From assembly GCA_963713655.1 (NCBI GenBank), contig CAVQMT010000013.1:25422-89421 (forward strand): DNA of 64,000 nt, given 5' to 3'. A program made the translations under genes and the position numbers. Below the pieces are notes generated by a model, which did no database searches, had not been told where the DNA came from, and saw nothing but the letters and a program-made list of their open reading frames with translations. The DNA is from an uncultured Acidobacteriota bacterium (lineage in GTDB: Bacteria > Acidobacteriota > Vicinamibacteria > Vicinamibacterales > UBA2999). Below, in pieces: positions 48,482-60,580 of this stretch. Positions within the stretch are counted from its first letter, which is position 1; each line of letters starts with the position of its first letter.

Positions 48482-50770
48482 CTAGGGGACCAGGCTCGCC
48501 GCCGCCGCGGCTTCGTCGGCTTGCGGCGTCGCCGAGCGCGGCTGCGTGCCGCTGATGAACGCCTCGGTCTGCCCGTTGGGCATGGTCACGAAGACGATGT
48601 TGCCGGGCGCCTCCAGCACCGGCGGGTTGTCGCGGTCGGGCCGCCGCGACAGGTACGACCGCATCACGTCCATCCAGATCGGCAGGGCGGCCGACGCGCC
48701 GGTTTCGCCGTAGCCCAGCGACCGTTTCTCGTCGTAGCCGACCCAGACGCCGACGGTGACGTCGGCGTCGAAGCCGATGAACCAGGCGTCGGTGTAGTCG
48801 TCCATCGTGCCGGTCTTGCCGGCCAGCGGCCACTTGAGCGCCTTGGCGGCCTGCGGCCGTGCCGCGCTCCACCACGCCGCGCAGCAGGTAGGCGAGCAGG
48901 AACGAGGTGTCGGCGCGCAGCGCCTCGCGCGGCTGCGGCTTCGACCTCGTAGAGCAGATTGCCCTCCCGGTCGGCCACCGAGCGGATGGCGTACGGCTCC
49001 ATCCGGACGCCCTGGTGCGCGAACGCCGAGTAGGCGCTGGTCATCTCCAGCAGCGTGGACTCGGCAGAGCCCAGGGCCAGCGACAGGTAGGGCTGATAGT
49101 CGCCGGTCAGGCCGAGGCGCTTGGCCAGCGCCACGACGGCAGGCCGGCCCCGCGGCCTCGAGCGCCTTGACCGCCGGAATGTTCCGCGACTGCTCGAGCG
49201 CGTGGCGCAGGGTGACCAGGCCCTTCGAACTTCCGATCGTAGTTGAGCGGCTGGTACGGCGGCTGGTTGGGGCCGGCGACGTAGGAGACCGGCTCGTCCA
49301 TGAAGGTCGATGCCGCGGTGAGGCCCTGGTCGAGCGAGGTCGCGTAGACGATCGGCTTGAACAGCGACCCGACCTGGCGCCGCGCCTGGGTGGCGCGATT
49401 GAACTTGCTGCGCGCGAAGCTCTGGCCGCCCACCAGCACGCGAATCTGCCCGGTGCGGTTGTCGAGCGCCACCACGGCCCCCTCGATGATCGGCTGCTGC
49501 TCGAGCGTCAGGTCGCCCGGGCACGCCGTCCTCGACGCTGCCCACGGCCACTTCGACGACGTCCCCGACGGTGAAGAGGTCCTGCGGCGACTTGGCGCGC
49601 GTCCAGGCGTAGCCGGCGCGCGGCAGCTCCACCTCGCGCGCGCCGATGCGGACCAGCGTCGGGTTCGACGGCCGGCCGTCGGAGATCCGGGCCACCACGG
49701 CGGGCACGATGTCGCCGGCGCGCAGGGCCTCGGGCGGGACTGGCAGCGACACCGTGCCGTCGGGTCCGAGGTTGCGGGTCGGCTTCCGGTAGCGGAGGCG
49801 CCGCTTGTCGATGCGCCGGAGGCCGCGGTCGAGCGCGGTCTCGGCGTCCCGTTCCCACCGCGCGTCGAGCGTGGTGGCGACCTGCAGGCCGGTCTCGTAG
49901 ATGGCGGCGGCGCCGAAGCGATCCTCGAGCTCCTGGCGGACGTGCTTCGACGAAGTAGGCGGCCTGGGCACGCTCGGTGCGTGGTCCGGCGCCGATGACC
50001 GGCCGCTTCATCGCGGCCTGGGCTTGCGCCGGCGGTGATGTAGCCTTCCTCCACCATGCGCGGCAGCACGTAGTTGTTGCGCCGCGCCAGCGTGCGGGTG
50101 GGGTTCACCGAACGGGCTGAGCCGCGCCGGCGCCTGGATGATGGCGGCGATGGTGGCCGCCTCGTCCACGCGTGAGGTCGCGCGCGGACTTCTGGAAGTA
50201 GAGCCGCGCGCCCGCCTCGACGCCGTAGGCGCCGTGCAGCGGCACCTGGTTGGCGTAGAGCGCGAAGATCTCCTGCTTCGTGAAGCGCTTCTCGAGCTGG
50301 ACGGCCAGGATGGCCTCCTTGATCTTGCGCTCGATCGATCGCTCGTAGACGCCGCCGCGCATGTACTCCTGTCTGCAGGAACAGGTTCCGCGCCAGCTGC
50401 TGCGTGATGGTGCTGGCGCCGGCGCGCTGGCCGGTGACGACGTCCTTGAGGGCCGTGATCAGGATGCGGGAGATGCTCAGGCCGAAGTGCTGCTCGAAGT
50501 CGCCGTCCTCGGTGGCGATGATGGCCTGGCGCAGCACCGGTGCGATGTCCTCGTAGCGGACGACGACCCGCCGCTCGGTGGCGAACTCGCCGATGACGCT
50601 CGCCCTGCGACGACGACAGGCGGGTGATGGTGTTGGGCAGGTAGCGGTCGAGGGCGCTGATCTCGGGGATGTCGTCGGCGAAGGCGAAGAGCACGCCGCT
50701 GACCGTGCCCGAGGCCCGCGGCCAGGAGCAGGAGCACGCCGACGGTGACGCGCCGGGCGACGGCGGTCAT
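48482..50770 (-). CDS. mrcA: penicillin-binding protein 1A (bifunctional transglycosylase/transpeptidase; about 8 frame breaks)
   Basis: GT51 motifs EDGDFEQH and RAGASTITQQLARN. Transpeptidase pieces in 48664..49971. C-end ORF 48482..48805 (DAWFIGF). Confidence 0.9.
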
Positions 50771-50971
50771 CAAGTGGCGAGTCGCCGGGGCAGGGCATAT
50801 TCTCAATTTAGCCGAGAAGTGATTGACCTGACAAGACTTAAACGGTCATTCACGGCTCCCGCCGTCGCGCGACGATCTGACTACGTTATACTCATATACA
50901 TTACGGACTGAACCATAAACCGTTGTGCCCGGAGCCGTCACGCGGTGGCCAGGCGCAGGCAAGGATTCTGA

Positions 50972-52893
<1,922 letters not shown>

Positions 52894-52894
<1 letters not shown>

Positions 52895-53988
52895 TGGATC
52901 TCTACATCGTGCTCGGCCTGCAGCCCACCGCGACCGACACGGACATCAAGCGGGCCTATCGGCGGCTGGCGCGGCGGTTCCATCCGGACATCAATCCGGG
53001 CGACCGCGACGGCGGAAGCTCGCTTCCGGCAGGTGCTCGACGCCTACGAGACGCTGATCGATCGCGAGCGCCGGACGCGCTACGACTCCGGCCAGCAGCC
53101 CGCCGACGCGTCGCCGCGCGCGGAGCAGCGAGTTCGAGGGCTTCGACTTCTCGACCCGCGGCGTGGACTACTCGGCGAGCTTCGGCGATCTGTTCGCCGA
53201 GGTGCTGCTGGAGCGGGAGAGCCGCCCGCCGCAGGGCGAGCGGGGCAGCGATCGGCATCAGGACGTGACGCTCTCGTTCGAGGACGCGTTCCTCGGCGGC
53301 GGAGGTGGCGCTGACGATCAGCCGCAACGACGTCTGCGCGCCGTGCGGCGGCCGCGGCGTCACGCAGGCGGCGCCGGCCGCGTGCGCGATGTGCCACGGG
53401 TCGGGCGCCGTCCGCACGTGCGCGGGCACATGGTGTTCTCGCGGACGTGCACGGCGTGCGGCGGCACCGGCCGGCAGCGGCCGCGGGCCTGCCGGGCGTG
53501 CCACGGGACCGGCCTGATGCTGCGGACCGAGAGCGTGGTGGCGCGCATCCCGCCGGGTGTTGTCGGACGGCGAGCTGGTCCGGCTGCCGGACAAGGGCGA
53601 TGCCGGCATCAGGGGCGGCGGGCCGGGCGACCTGTACGTCAAGGTGCGCGTCGAGGCGGACCCGGTGTTCACGCCGCGAGGGCGACGACCTGCACGTGAC
53701 GGTGCCGGTGGCCGTGCACGAGGCGGCGCTCGGCGCGCGGCTCGAGCTCGACGGGCCTGGACGGCCCCGTGCGCGTCCGCATCCCGCCCGGCACGCAGTC
53801 GGGCCAGCGGTTCCGGCTGCGCGAGCGCGGCGCGCCGTCGACGCGGAGCGGCGTCGCGCGGCGATCTGATCGTCGAGGCGCGGCTGATGCTGCCGGCGGT
53901 GCTCGACGAGCGATCGAAGGAGCTGCTGCGTGAGTTCGGGCGGTTGAACGGGGGGCTGCGGTCGGCGCGCCCGGGACGGGGGCAGGGC
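52894..53988 (+). CDS. dnaJ: molecular chaperone DnaJ (about 5 frame breaks; no stop before hspR in the current frame)
   Basis: GTG 52894 overlaps the dnaK TAG. J domain [20 protein letters not shown]. Four CxxCxGxG zinc-finger motifs ([32 protein letters not shown]). Confidence 0.85.
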
Positions 53989-54453
53989 ATGACCAAGCGG
54001 GCCGAGCGGGGCAAGGCGTATTTCATGATCAGCGCCGTGGCGCAGAAGTACAACATCCACCCCCAGACGCTGCGGCTCTACGAACGCGAGGGCCTGCTGA
54101 CGCCGTCGCGCACCGACGGCAACACGCGCCTCTACTCGGAGGACGACCTCGAGCGGCTCGAAACCATCCTCAACCTGACCCGCGATCTCGGCGTGAACCT
54201 CGCCGGCGTCGAGATCATTCTCAACATGCGCGCGAAGATCGAGCAGATGCAGGGCGAGGTGAACGAGTTCATGGACTACGTGAAGCGCGAGCTCGCGCGC
54301 GGCATCGACGATTGGGAGCAGCGGCTCGGCACCGCGATGGTGAAGTCGGCGCCCGACCGATCTCGTGCGCCGCGCACGCCCGCAGCCGGCGCCGAACGCA
54401 AGCAGGCTGAACAGCTCCGCACGAGCTGCAGCCGAGCAGTCTCTGAAGTCTGA
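53989..54453 (+). CDS. hspR: MerR family heat-shock transcriptional repressor HspR
   Basis: ATG 53989. YFMISAVAQKYNIHPQTLRLYEREGLLTPSRTDGNTRLYSEDDLERL is a MerR HTH. Position downstream of dnaK-dnaJ. Confidence 0.8.
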   Translation: MTKRAERGKAYFMISAVAQKYNIHPQTLRLYEREGLLTPSRTDGNTRLYSEDDLERLETILNLTRDLGVNLAGVEIILNMRAKIEQMQGEVNEFMDYVKRELARGIDDWEQRLGTAMVKSAPDRSRAPRTPAAGAERKQAEQLRTSCSRAVSEV

Positions 54454-54468
54454 GTTCGAATCTGAATT
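54441..54468 (+). repeat. short heptad-periodic tract at the hspR stop
   Basis: CTCTGAA GTCTGAG TTCGAAT CTGAATT. Confidence 0.45.
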
Positions 54469-54488
54469 TCGGGTGCTACGATACAGCC

Positions 54489-55344
54489 GTGGCGTGCACG
54501 GTCTGCGACGATACCGGGTGGAAGTCGAGCGTCGTCGACGGTGTCTCGCGCGTCACGCGCTGCGACTGCATCCGGCAAACCACCGGCGAACGGCTGCTCG
54601 CCCACGCGCGCATCCCGAAGCGCTACGAGCACTGCAGCTTCGAGAACTTCACCGCCTACAACGAGCACCTGCAGAAGGCGCTGCGCTACGCGTCGCAGCT
54701 GGCCGAGCGCTTTCCGGTGGTCGAGAAGGGCGTGTTCCTGCAGGGCCCGCCCGGCGTCGGCAAGACGCACCTGGCGGTGGCGGTGCTGGGGCAGGTGATT
54801 CGCGACCCGCGGCGCCGTCGGGCTGTTCTACGACACGCGCGACCTGCTGCGCGTGATTCGCAGCACCTACGATCCGGTGAACCGGACGCGGAGATGGACG
54901 TGCTGCGGCCGGTGATGACCGCCGACGTGCTGGTGCTCGACGACCTGGGCGCGGAGAAGACCTCCGAGTGGGTGGAGGAGACGCTGAACCTGATCGTCAA
55001 CGCCCGCTACAGCGAGAAGCGGGTCGACGATGTTCACGTCCAACTACGACGACAACCCCGACAGCACCGATCCCGATTCGCTGCTGTTCCGGATCGGCTT
55101 CCGGATGCGGTCGCGGCTCCACGAGATGTGCGAGTTCCTGTATCTGGACGGCGCCGACTACCGCGAGCTGCCGCCGCAACGGCGGCGTGGACGATCTGAT
55201 CACGACTGTGGAAGATGCGCGCCAAGGCCTGCGAAGCGGCCCGGCCTTCCGGGTCGCACGGGCGGCCAGGCGCGCGCGCAGCTGCGGGAGCAGGACGCCA
55301 AGGCCGACCTGAAGTGGTCGGGCGGCAAAGCCGGACGTAGTTAG
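54489..55344 (+). CDS. DnaC/IstB-like AAA+ ATPase with N-terminal zinc ribbon (about 3 frame breaks)
   Basis: CTVCDDTGW..RCDC, Walker A GPPGVGKTHLA, Walker B VLVLDDLG. No adjacent IstA-type transposase. Confidence 0.7.
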
Positions 55345-55347
55345 CGC

Positions 55348-55387
55348 TGAAGGCCTGTAGCCCGGGGCCTGAGCCTGTAGCCTGAGA
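55348..55387 (+). repeat. heptad-like tandem tract (CCTGTAG/CCTGAGC) between the DnaC-like gene and hemW
   Basis: GAAGGCCTGTAGCCCGGGGCCTGAGCCTGTAGCCTGAG. Confidence 0.5.
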
Positions 55388-55390
55388 ACA

Positions 55391-56516
55391 GTGCTAGGCA
55401 TCTACGTTCACGTCCCGTTCTGCAGCGCCATCTGCAACTACTGCAACTTCAACCGGGGACTGTTCGACGAGGCGCTGAAGGCGCGCTACGTGGAGGCCGT
55501 GTGCCGCGAGATCGGGTCGCGCAGCGAGCCGGTCGCCGCCGACTCGATCTTCTTCGGCGGCGGCACGCCGTCACTGCTGACCCGGGCCGAGGTCGGCGCC
55601 ATCCTCGAGGCCTGCCGGGGCGCGTTCGACGTCACCGCCGACGCCGAGATCACGCTCGAAGCCAACCCCGAGAGCGTGAGCGCGGCCTCTCTCGAGGGTT
55701 ACCGCGCGGCCGGCGTCAACCGGCTGAGCTTCGGCGTGCAGTCGTTCCGTGACGAGGAGCTGAGCCGCCTGACCCGGCTGCACTCGGCCGGCCGGGCGCG
55801 CGAAGCCGTACGGGAGGCGCGAGCTGCCGGCTTCGACAACCTGTCGCTCGACCTGATGATGTGGCTGCCACGGCAGACCGTGGCCGAGTGGCTCGAATCG
55901 GTGGACGCGCTCATCGACGTCGGCCCCGATCATGCGTCGCTCTACATGCTGGAGGTCTATCCGAACGCGCCGCTCAAGGACCTGATGTCGCGCTCGGGGT
56001 GGTCGCGTGGCCCCCGACGACGACGTCGCGGAGATGTACGTGCAGTCGATGGAGCGGCTCGAGCGCGCCGGCTACGAGCAGTACCGAGATCTCGAACGTC
56101 GCCAGGCCGGGGCGCCGGTCCCGCCACAACCTGAAGTACTGGCAGGACGGGGAATGGCTAGGTGTGGGGCCTGGCGCGCATTCGACGCGCGCCGGCGTCC
56201 GCTGGCGCAACGAGGCCTCGACGCCCGAGTACATCGCCTCGGTGCACGCCGGCACCCTTCGGGAGGTGGAGCGCCGCGAGCTGACGCGCGGAGGCGCGCA
56301 TCCAGGAGGCGCTGTTCACCGGGCTTCGGCTCAACGATGGCGTGTCGCTTGCAGACGTGCAGAACCCGGTACGGCGCGGACGTCTGGTCCCGTTACGGCC
56401 CGGCCCTTCAGCCGTTCGTAGACGGGGGCTGGCTGATCTATGATGGCGGCACTTTGCGGCTGTCGCGCGCCGGCATGCTGGTTGCGCACGACATCATGGC
56501 GGTGTTTTTGGCCTGA
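55391..56516 (+). CDS. hemW: radical SAM family heme chaperone HemW (about 3 frame breaks)
   Basis: [16 protein letters not shown] (CxxxCxxC), [19 protein letters not shown]-terminal HemN_C-like piece 56007..56516. Confidence 0.85.
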
Positions 56517-56576
56517 ATCTGGCGTGGGACGGGTCGGTACGGTAGGATGAGCCGCCCTTTTCGAGGAGGCGTGAAG

Positions 56577-57030
56577 ATGCGACGACTGTTCGGAGTAGTT
56601 CTGGCTGGCGCATTCCTGTTGCTGCCGGCGTTCTCGCAGCACTCGGGTCTGCTGGCCCAGACCAAGCAGACGATGGAAGGCGACCTGGCCCTGTGGAACG
56701 TCGCGATTCGCCCCGACAAGACGGCGGACTGGGATCAGTTTCTCGGCAAGCTGAAGGAAGCGCTCACCAAGGCCGGGACGCCCAGAGGCGAAGCAGCAGC
56801 TGGCCGGCTGGAAGATCATCAAGGTGGCCAAGCCGCTGCCGGACGGCAACATTCACTACATCCACGTCATCAACCCGGTTGCGGGTGCCGACTACAACCT
56901 GCTGCAGGTGATGTACGCGGTCTTCACGGACCCGACCGAGCAGAAGGCTCTCTACGACCTCTATCGCGGCGCGCTGGCGGCCAACCTCGGCATCATCAGC
57001 GGCACCGTGGCCTTCGACCTGTCGAAGTAG
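56577..57030 (+). CDS. small secreted hypothetical protein, paralog A (1 frame break near 56790)
   Basis: ATG 56577 after GAGGAGG. Signal peptide MRRLFGVVLAGAFLLLPAFS. C-half in ORF 56824..57030. Confidence 0.55.
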
Positions 57031-57109
57031 GCGAGCGAGGCTGCGGGCAGAGCCACGTGCGGCCCACGCCGCCGTGGCTCTTCGTGTCTTGGAGGACCAG
57101 AGGAACGTG

Positions 57110-57786
57110 ATGCTCGAGGCTCAACAACGGCGCCGTGCGCGCGCCGCGCTGGCCGGTGGCGCTGCTGGCCGCCGTCATGGCGGGCGTCGCCGGCACACGC
57201 GCCGAGCAAGCTCAGGCACCGGCGCCAGCCACAGCAGGACAGCCAGCAGCGCCAGGGCCGCGGCGGCGCGCCGCCGGCGCCGGGCGCCGTGGCGCCCGCG
57301 GCGCCGACGGCCGCTGTGCTGGCCCGGAGCTTCACCGCACCGGTCGGGCTGGTGTTCAACACCGTCCGTCCGGAGCGCGTCGCCGAGTTCGAGCGTCTGC
57401 TGGCCGAGGTGCAGACCGCGCTGGCCAGCAGCAAGAACCCGACGACGCAGGCGCAGGCCAAGGGCTGGCGCTTCTACAAGGCGGCCGAACCCGGACCGGG
57501 CGGCTCGGTGATGTTCGTGTTCGTGATCGACCCGGTGGTGCCGGGCGAGGACTACTCGTTGGGCAAGGTGCTGGTCGAGGCCTTCCCCGATCCGGTGAAG
57601 CTGCAGGAGGTGTGGGCGCTCTACACCGGATCGGTGACCGGCGGCGGCAGCCTGCTCAACCTGTCACCGGTGTCAGCGGTCGTGAAGCCGGCCACGGTTC
57701 CGAGCGACCCGGCCGCGTGCCGCGCGCCGCCGCGCCGCCGCCACGCACGCCCCCGCCCGACTCGGACCCGACACGCAGATCGCTAG
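57110..57786 (+). CDS. secreted hypothetical protein, paralog B of 56577..57030 (about 2 frame breaks)
   Basis: Signal-like WPVALLAAVMAGVAG (ORF 57135..), Ala/Pro linker, conserved domain in ORF 57289..57786. Aligns by eye with paralog A (GW+..K.A.P.P.G...+..VI.PV.G.DY.L..V....F.DP). Confidence 0.5.
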
Positions 57787-58264
57787 AAGTTCAGATTGGC
57801 GCCGGCGTAGAAGCGGTGCACGGGGCTCACACGCGGGCTGCCGCGCAGCGTGAACACCCGGTAGTCCACGCGCACGCGCAGCGGGCCGGCGAGCGTGATC
57901 TTCACGCCGCCGCCGACGTTCATGCCCACGTCGCGTTCGAGCTGTCGTCGCCCAGCTGTTCGCGGTAGACGCCGCCTCCGGTGGTGAAATACGGCTGAAA
58001 GCCCTTGATGGCCAGCGGCGTCTGGAGCAGGACGTTGCCCATGCCCGTGCGCAGCGAGGGTGCACCGCTGTCCTCGTCCTCGACCGCATCGGCGTACTCG
58101 AACTCGAAGCCCAGCACCAGCAGCCCGGCGCCGACGGCCACGCCGCGCACCAGCCGGCTGGTGGGCGAGGTGGCGCTGCCGATGAAGCCCGTGATGTCCG
58201 CGGCGGCAGGCGCGACGCTGGCGGCGAAGACGCAAGCGGCGATCACGCCGCGAAAGACGAGCAT
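57783..58264 (-). CDS. small outer-membrane beta-barrel protein (1 frame break near 57940)
   Basis: ORF 57920..58264(-) has a signal peptide. The tail of ORF 57783..59468(-) shows alternating hydrophobic strands and ends ..YAGANLNF (terminal Phe). Confidence 0.6.
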
Positions 58265-58289
58265 ATCCGGATGATACGATGGCTTCGCG

Positions 58290-59492
58290 ATGGACTTCGC
58301 GCTCTCCGAGGATCAGGAGCTGCTCCGTCGGAGCGTGCGGGAGTTCTGTGAGGCCGAGCTTCGTCCGTTCGTGCGCGAATGGGACGAAGCGCAAGCGCTG
58401 CCGCGCGCCCTGTATGCCCAGCTCGGCGCCCTCGGCCTGATGGGCATGCAATGCCCGGACGAGTTCGGCGGGTCGGCGCTGTCCGCGGTGGACTATTGCC
58501 TCTGCATCGAAGAGTTGGCTCGTGTCGATCCCTCGGTCAGCCTCTCGGTGGCGGCGCACAACGGTCTGGGCGTGTCGCACATCGCGATGTTCGGCACCGA
58601 CGAGCAAAAGCGGCGCTACCTGCCGGCGCTCGCCCGGGGCGAACAGCTGGCCGCGTGGGCGCTGACCGAGGCGTCGTCGGGGAGCGATGCGGCCTCGATG
58701 CGGACCACGGCGACGCTGGACGGCGGCGAGTGGGTGCTGAACGGCACCAAGCAGTTCATCACCCACGGCGCTTCGGCCGACGTCCTGGTCGCGATGGCGG
58801 TCACGGCGAAGGGCAAGGGTTCGCGCGGGATCTCCGCTTTCGTCATCGAGCGCGGCACGCCCGGGTGCCGGCCGGGCCGCAAGGAAGACAAGCTGGGCAT
58901 GCGCGCGAGCGAGACCAGCGAGGTCGTGTTCGAAGGCTGCCGGATCCCGGCCTCGCATCTGCTCGGGCAGGAAGGGCAGGGCTTCGTGAACGCGCTCCAG
59001 GTGCTGGACGCCGGCCGCATCGGCATCGCTGCGCTGGCGGTCGGGCTGGCACAGGGCGCCTACGACGCCGCACGAGGCTACGCCTTTCAGCGGCATCAGT
59101 TCGGCCAGCCGATTGGCACGTTCCAGAGCGTGCGCGCCAAGCTGGTGGACGCGGCGACGCGCATTCGGGCCGCGCGCCTGCTGACCTATCGCGCCGCGTC
59201 GCTGAAGGACGCCGGCGCGCGGTTCACGCTCGAGTCGGCGATGGCCAAGCTGTACTCGAGCGAGATCGCGGTGCGCGTGTCGGAGGACGGCGTGCAGGTG
59301 CACGGCGGATACGGGTTCGTGAAGGACTACCCCGCGGAGAAATTCTTCCGCGACGTCAAGCTGACGACGATCGGCGAAGGCACGAGCGAGATTCAGCGCC
59401 TCGTGATCGCCCGGCAACTCCTGGCCCTCGACAAGAGTAGCGAGGCTCCGTCTCCCACCGGCGATCATCTTGGGCCGGCGTCGCCTCGCTAG
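58290..59492 (+). CDS. acyl-CoA dehydrogenase
   Basis: Intact 400-codon ORF. ALTEASSGSDA, GYGFVKDYPAEKFFRDVKLTTIGEGTSEIQ. The last ~17 codons are encoded by repeat element 59438-59525. Confidence 0.9.
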   Translation: MDFALSEDQELLRRSVREFCEAELRPFVREWDEAQALPRALYAQLGALGLMGMQCPDEFGGSALSAVDYCLCIEELARVDPSVSLSVAAHNGLGVSHIAMFGTDEQKRRYLPALARGEQLAAWALTEASSGSDAASMRTTATLDGGEWVLNGTKQFITHGASADVLVAMAVTAKGKGSRGISAFVIERGTPGCRPGRKEDKLGMRASETSEVVFEGCRIPASHLLGQEGQGFVNALQVLDAGRIGIAALAVGLAQGAYDAARGYAFQRHQFGQPIGTFQSVRAKLVDAATRIRAARLLTYRAASLKDAGARFTLESAMAKLYSSEIAVRVSEDGVQVHGGYGFVKDYPAEKFFRDVKLTTIGEGTSEIQRLVIARQLLALDKSSEAPSPTGDHLGPASPR

Positions 59493-59525
59493 GACAGTGT
59501 CTGATTGCCCGCGCTCCGCGCGGGC
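59438..59525 (+). repeat. composite two-hairpin intergenic repeat, copy C
   Basis: TAGCGAGGC-N36-GCCTCGCTAG, then GACAGTGTCTGATT, then GCCCGCGC-TCC-GCGCGGGC. Confidence 0.8.
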
Positions 59526-59526
59526 G

Positions 59527-59585
59527 GACGTCTTGACGGAGTGACGTTTGACTCAAGAGCGAGGATTCGAATCCGTCAAGACGTC
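59527..59585 (+). promoter_or_regulatory. perfect 13-bp inverted repeat (stem-loop) in the meaB leader
   Basis: GACGTCTTGACGG (59527-59539) pairs with CCGTCAAGACGTC (59573-59585). The 33-nt loop contains the palindrome GGATTCGAATCC. It ends 4 nt before the meaB ATG 59590. Confidence 0.6.
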
Positions 59586-59589
59586 TGGG

Positions 59590-60555
59590 ATGGGCCTGTC
59601 TCCTGACGAGCTGAGCGCTCGCGTACGGAACGGCCGATCCGCGCGCGGTGGCGCGGGCGATCTCCCTGGTGGAAGACGGCGCTCCCGCCGCCCGCGAGCT
59701 GGTCGGCCAGCTGCACCGTCACGGCGGCCGCGCGTTCGTCGTTGGCGTGACGGGCGCGCCCGGCAGCGGCAAGAGCACGCTCGTCGATCAGCTGGTGGCG
59801 ACGGTCCGCGGCGCGCAGCCTCACGGTGGCCGTCGTGGCCGTGGACCCCAGCAGCCCGTTCACCGGCGGCGCCGTGCTGGGCGACCGCGTCCGGATGGGC
59901 CGCCACTCCGACGATCCCGGCGTGTTCGTCCGCAGCATGGCGACGCGCGGCCATCTCGGCGGGCTTGTCCCAGGCGACGGCCGACGCCGTGGCCGTGCTG
60001 GACGCCGCCGGACGCGACGTGATCCTGGTCGAGACCGTAGGCGTGGGCCAGGACGAGGTCGAGATCATGCGCCTGGCTGCCGTCACGATCTTGCTCCTCG
60101 TGCCGGGCACCGGGGACGATGTGCAGGCGCTGAAGGCGGGCGTCATGGAGATCGCGGACGTGTTCGTGATCAACAAGGCCGACCGGCCCGACGCCGATCG
60201 GCTGGTGGAGGCGGTGGAATCGAGCCTGGCGCTGCGGCAGGCTGGCGCTGGCGAGTGGCAGCCGCCGGTGCTGAAGACCGAGGCGGTACGCGGGGTCGGC
60301 GTCGAGGCGGTCTGGGCCGCCGTCGGACGCTGCCGCGAGCACCGCGGCGTCCACGACCGGGCGGGCCGCGAGCGCGAGCGCTGGGCGTCGCGCCTGCGCG
60401 ACGCGGTCGCGCGGCGGGCCGGAGTGCAGGTGGCCGAGCGGATCCCCGCCGACGACTGGGCGCGCGTCGTGTCGGAGGTGATGGCGCGGGACATCGACCC
60501 GGATGCGGCCGCCGATCGCCTGCTGGCGCGCGCCTTCGCACGCAGAGGGCAGTGA
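59590..60555 (+). CDS. meaB: methylmalonyl-CoA mutase-associated GTPase MeaB/ArgK (about 3 frame breaks)
   Basis: GVTGAPGSGKSTL P-loop, AVDPSSPFTGGA.LGDR, ILVETVGVGQ, VINKAD. ATG 59590 preferred over 59548. Confidence 0.85.
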   Translation: MGLSPDELSARVRNGRSARGGAGDLPGGRRRSRRPRAGRPAAPSRRPRVRRWRDGRARQRQEHARRSAGGDGPRRAASRWPSWPWTPAARSPAAPCWATASGWAATPTIPACSSAAWRRAAISAGLSQATADAVAVLDAAGRDVILVETVGVGQDEVEIMRLAAVTILLLVPGTGDDVQALKAGVMEIADVFVINKADRPDADRLVEAVESSLALRQAGAGEWQPPVLKTEAVRGVGVEAVWAAVGRCREHRGVHDRAGRERERWASRLRDAVARRAGVQVAERIPADDWARVVSEVMARDIDPDAAADRLLARAFARRGQ

Positions 60556-60580
60556 CATCTTTCGTGGCGAGGTCTTGCTG

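Noticed and set aside
50823-50851. A dnaK promoter call (TTGACC-N17-TCATTC) and a sigma-32-type promoter.
   Set aside because: The -10 match is poor (3 of 6), and no CTTGAA..CCCCAT-like sigma-32 pattern is present. This is not strong enough to annotate.
54489-55344. An IS21-type mobile element, suggested by the IstB/DnaC-like ATPase.
   Set aside because: There is no IstA transposase, no terminal inverted repeats, and an N-terminal zinc ribbon typical of chromosomal DnaC/DnaI-like loaders. Both flanks are housekeeping genes.
59527-59590. tRNA or tRNA-like gene suggested by GGATTCGAATCC (a T-loop-like TTCGAAT) at 59564-59575.
   Set aside because: The flanking pairing is one continuous 13-bp helix, not an acceptor stem plus T-arm. 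No D-arm or anticodon arm can be drawn. A similar CCGGTTCGAGCCGG at 61848-61861 also lacks any cloverleaf context.
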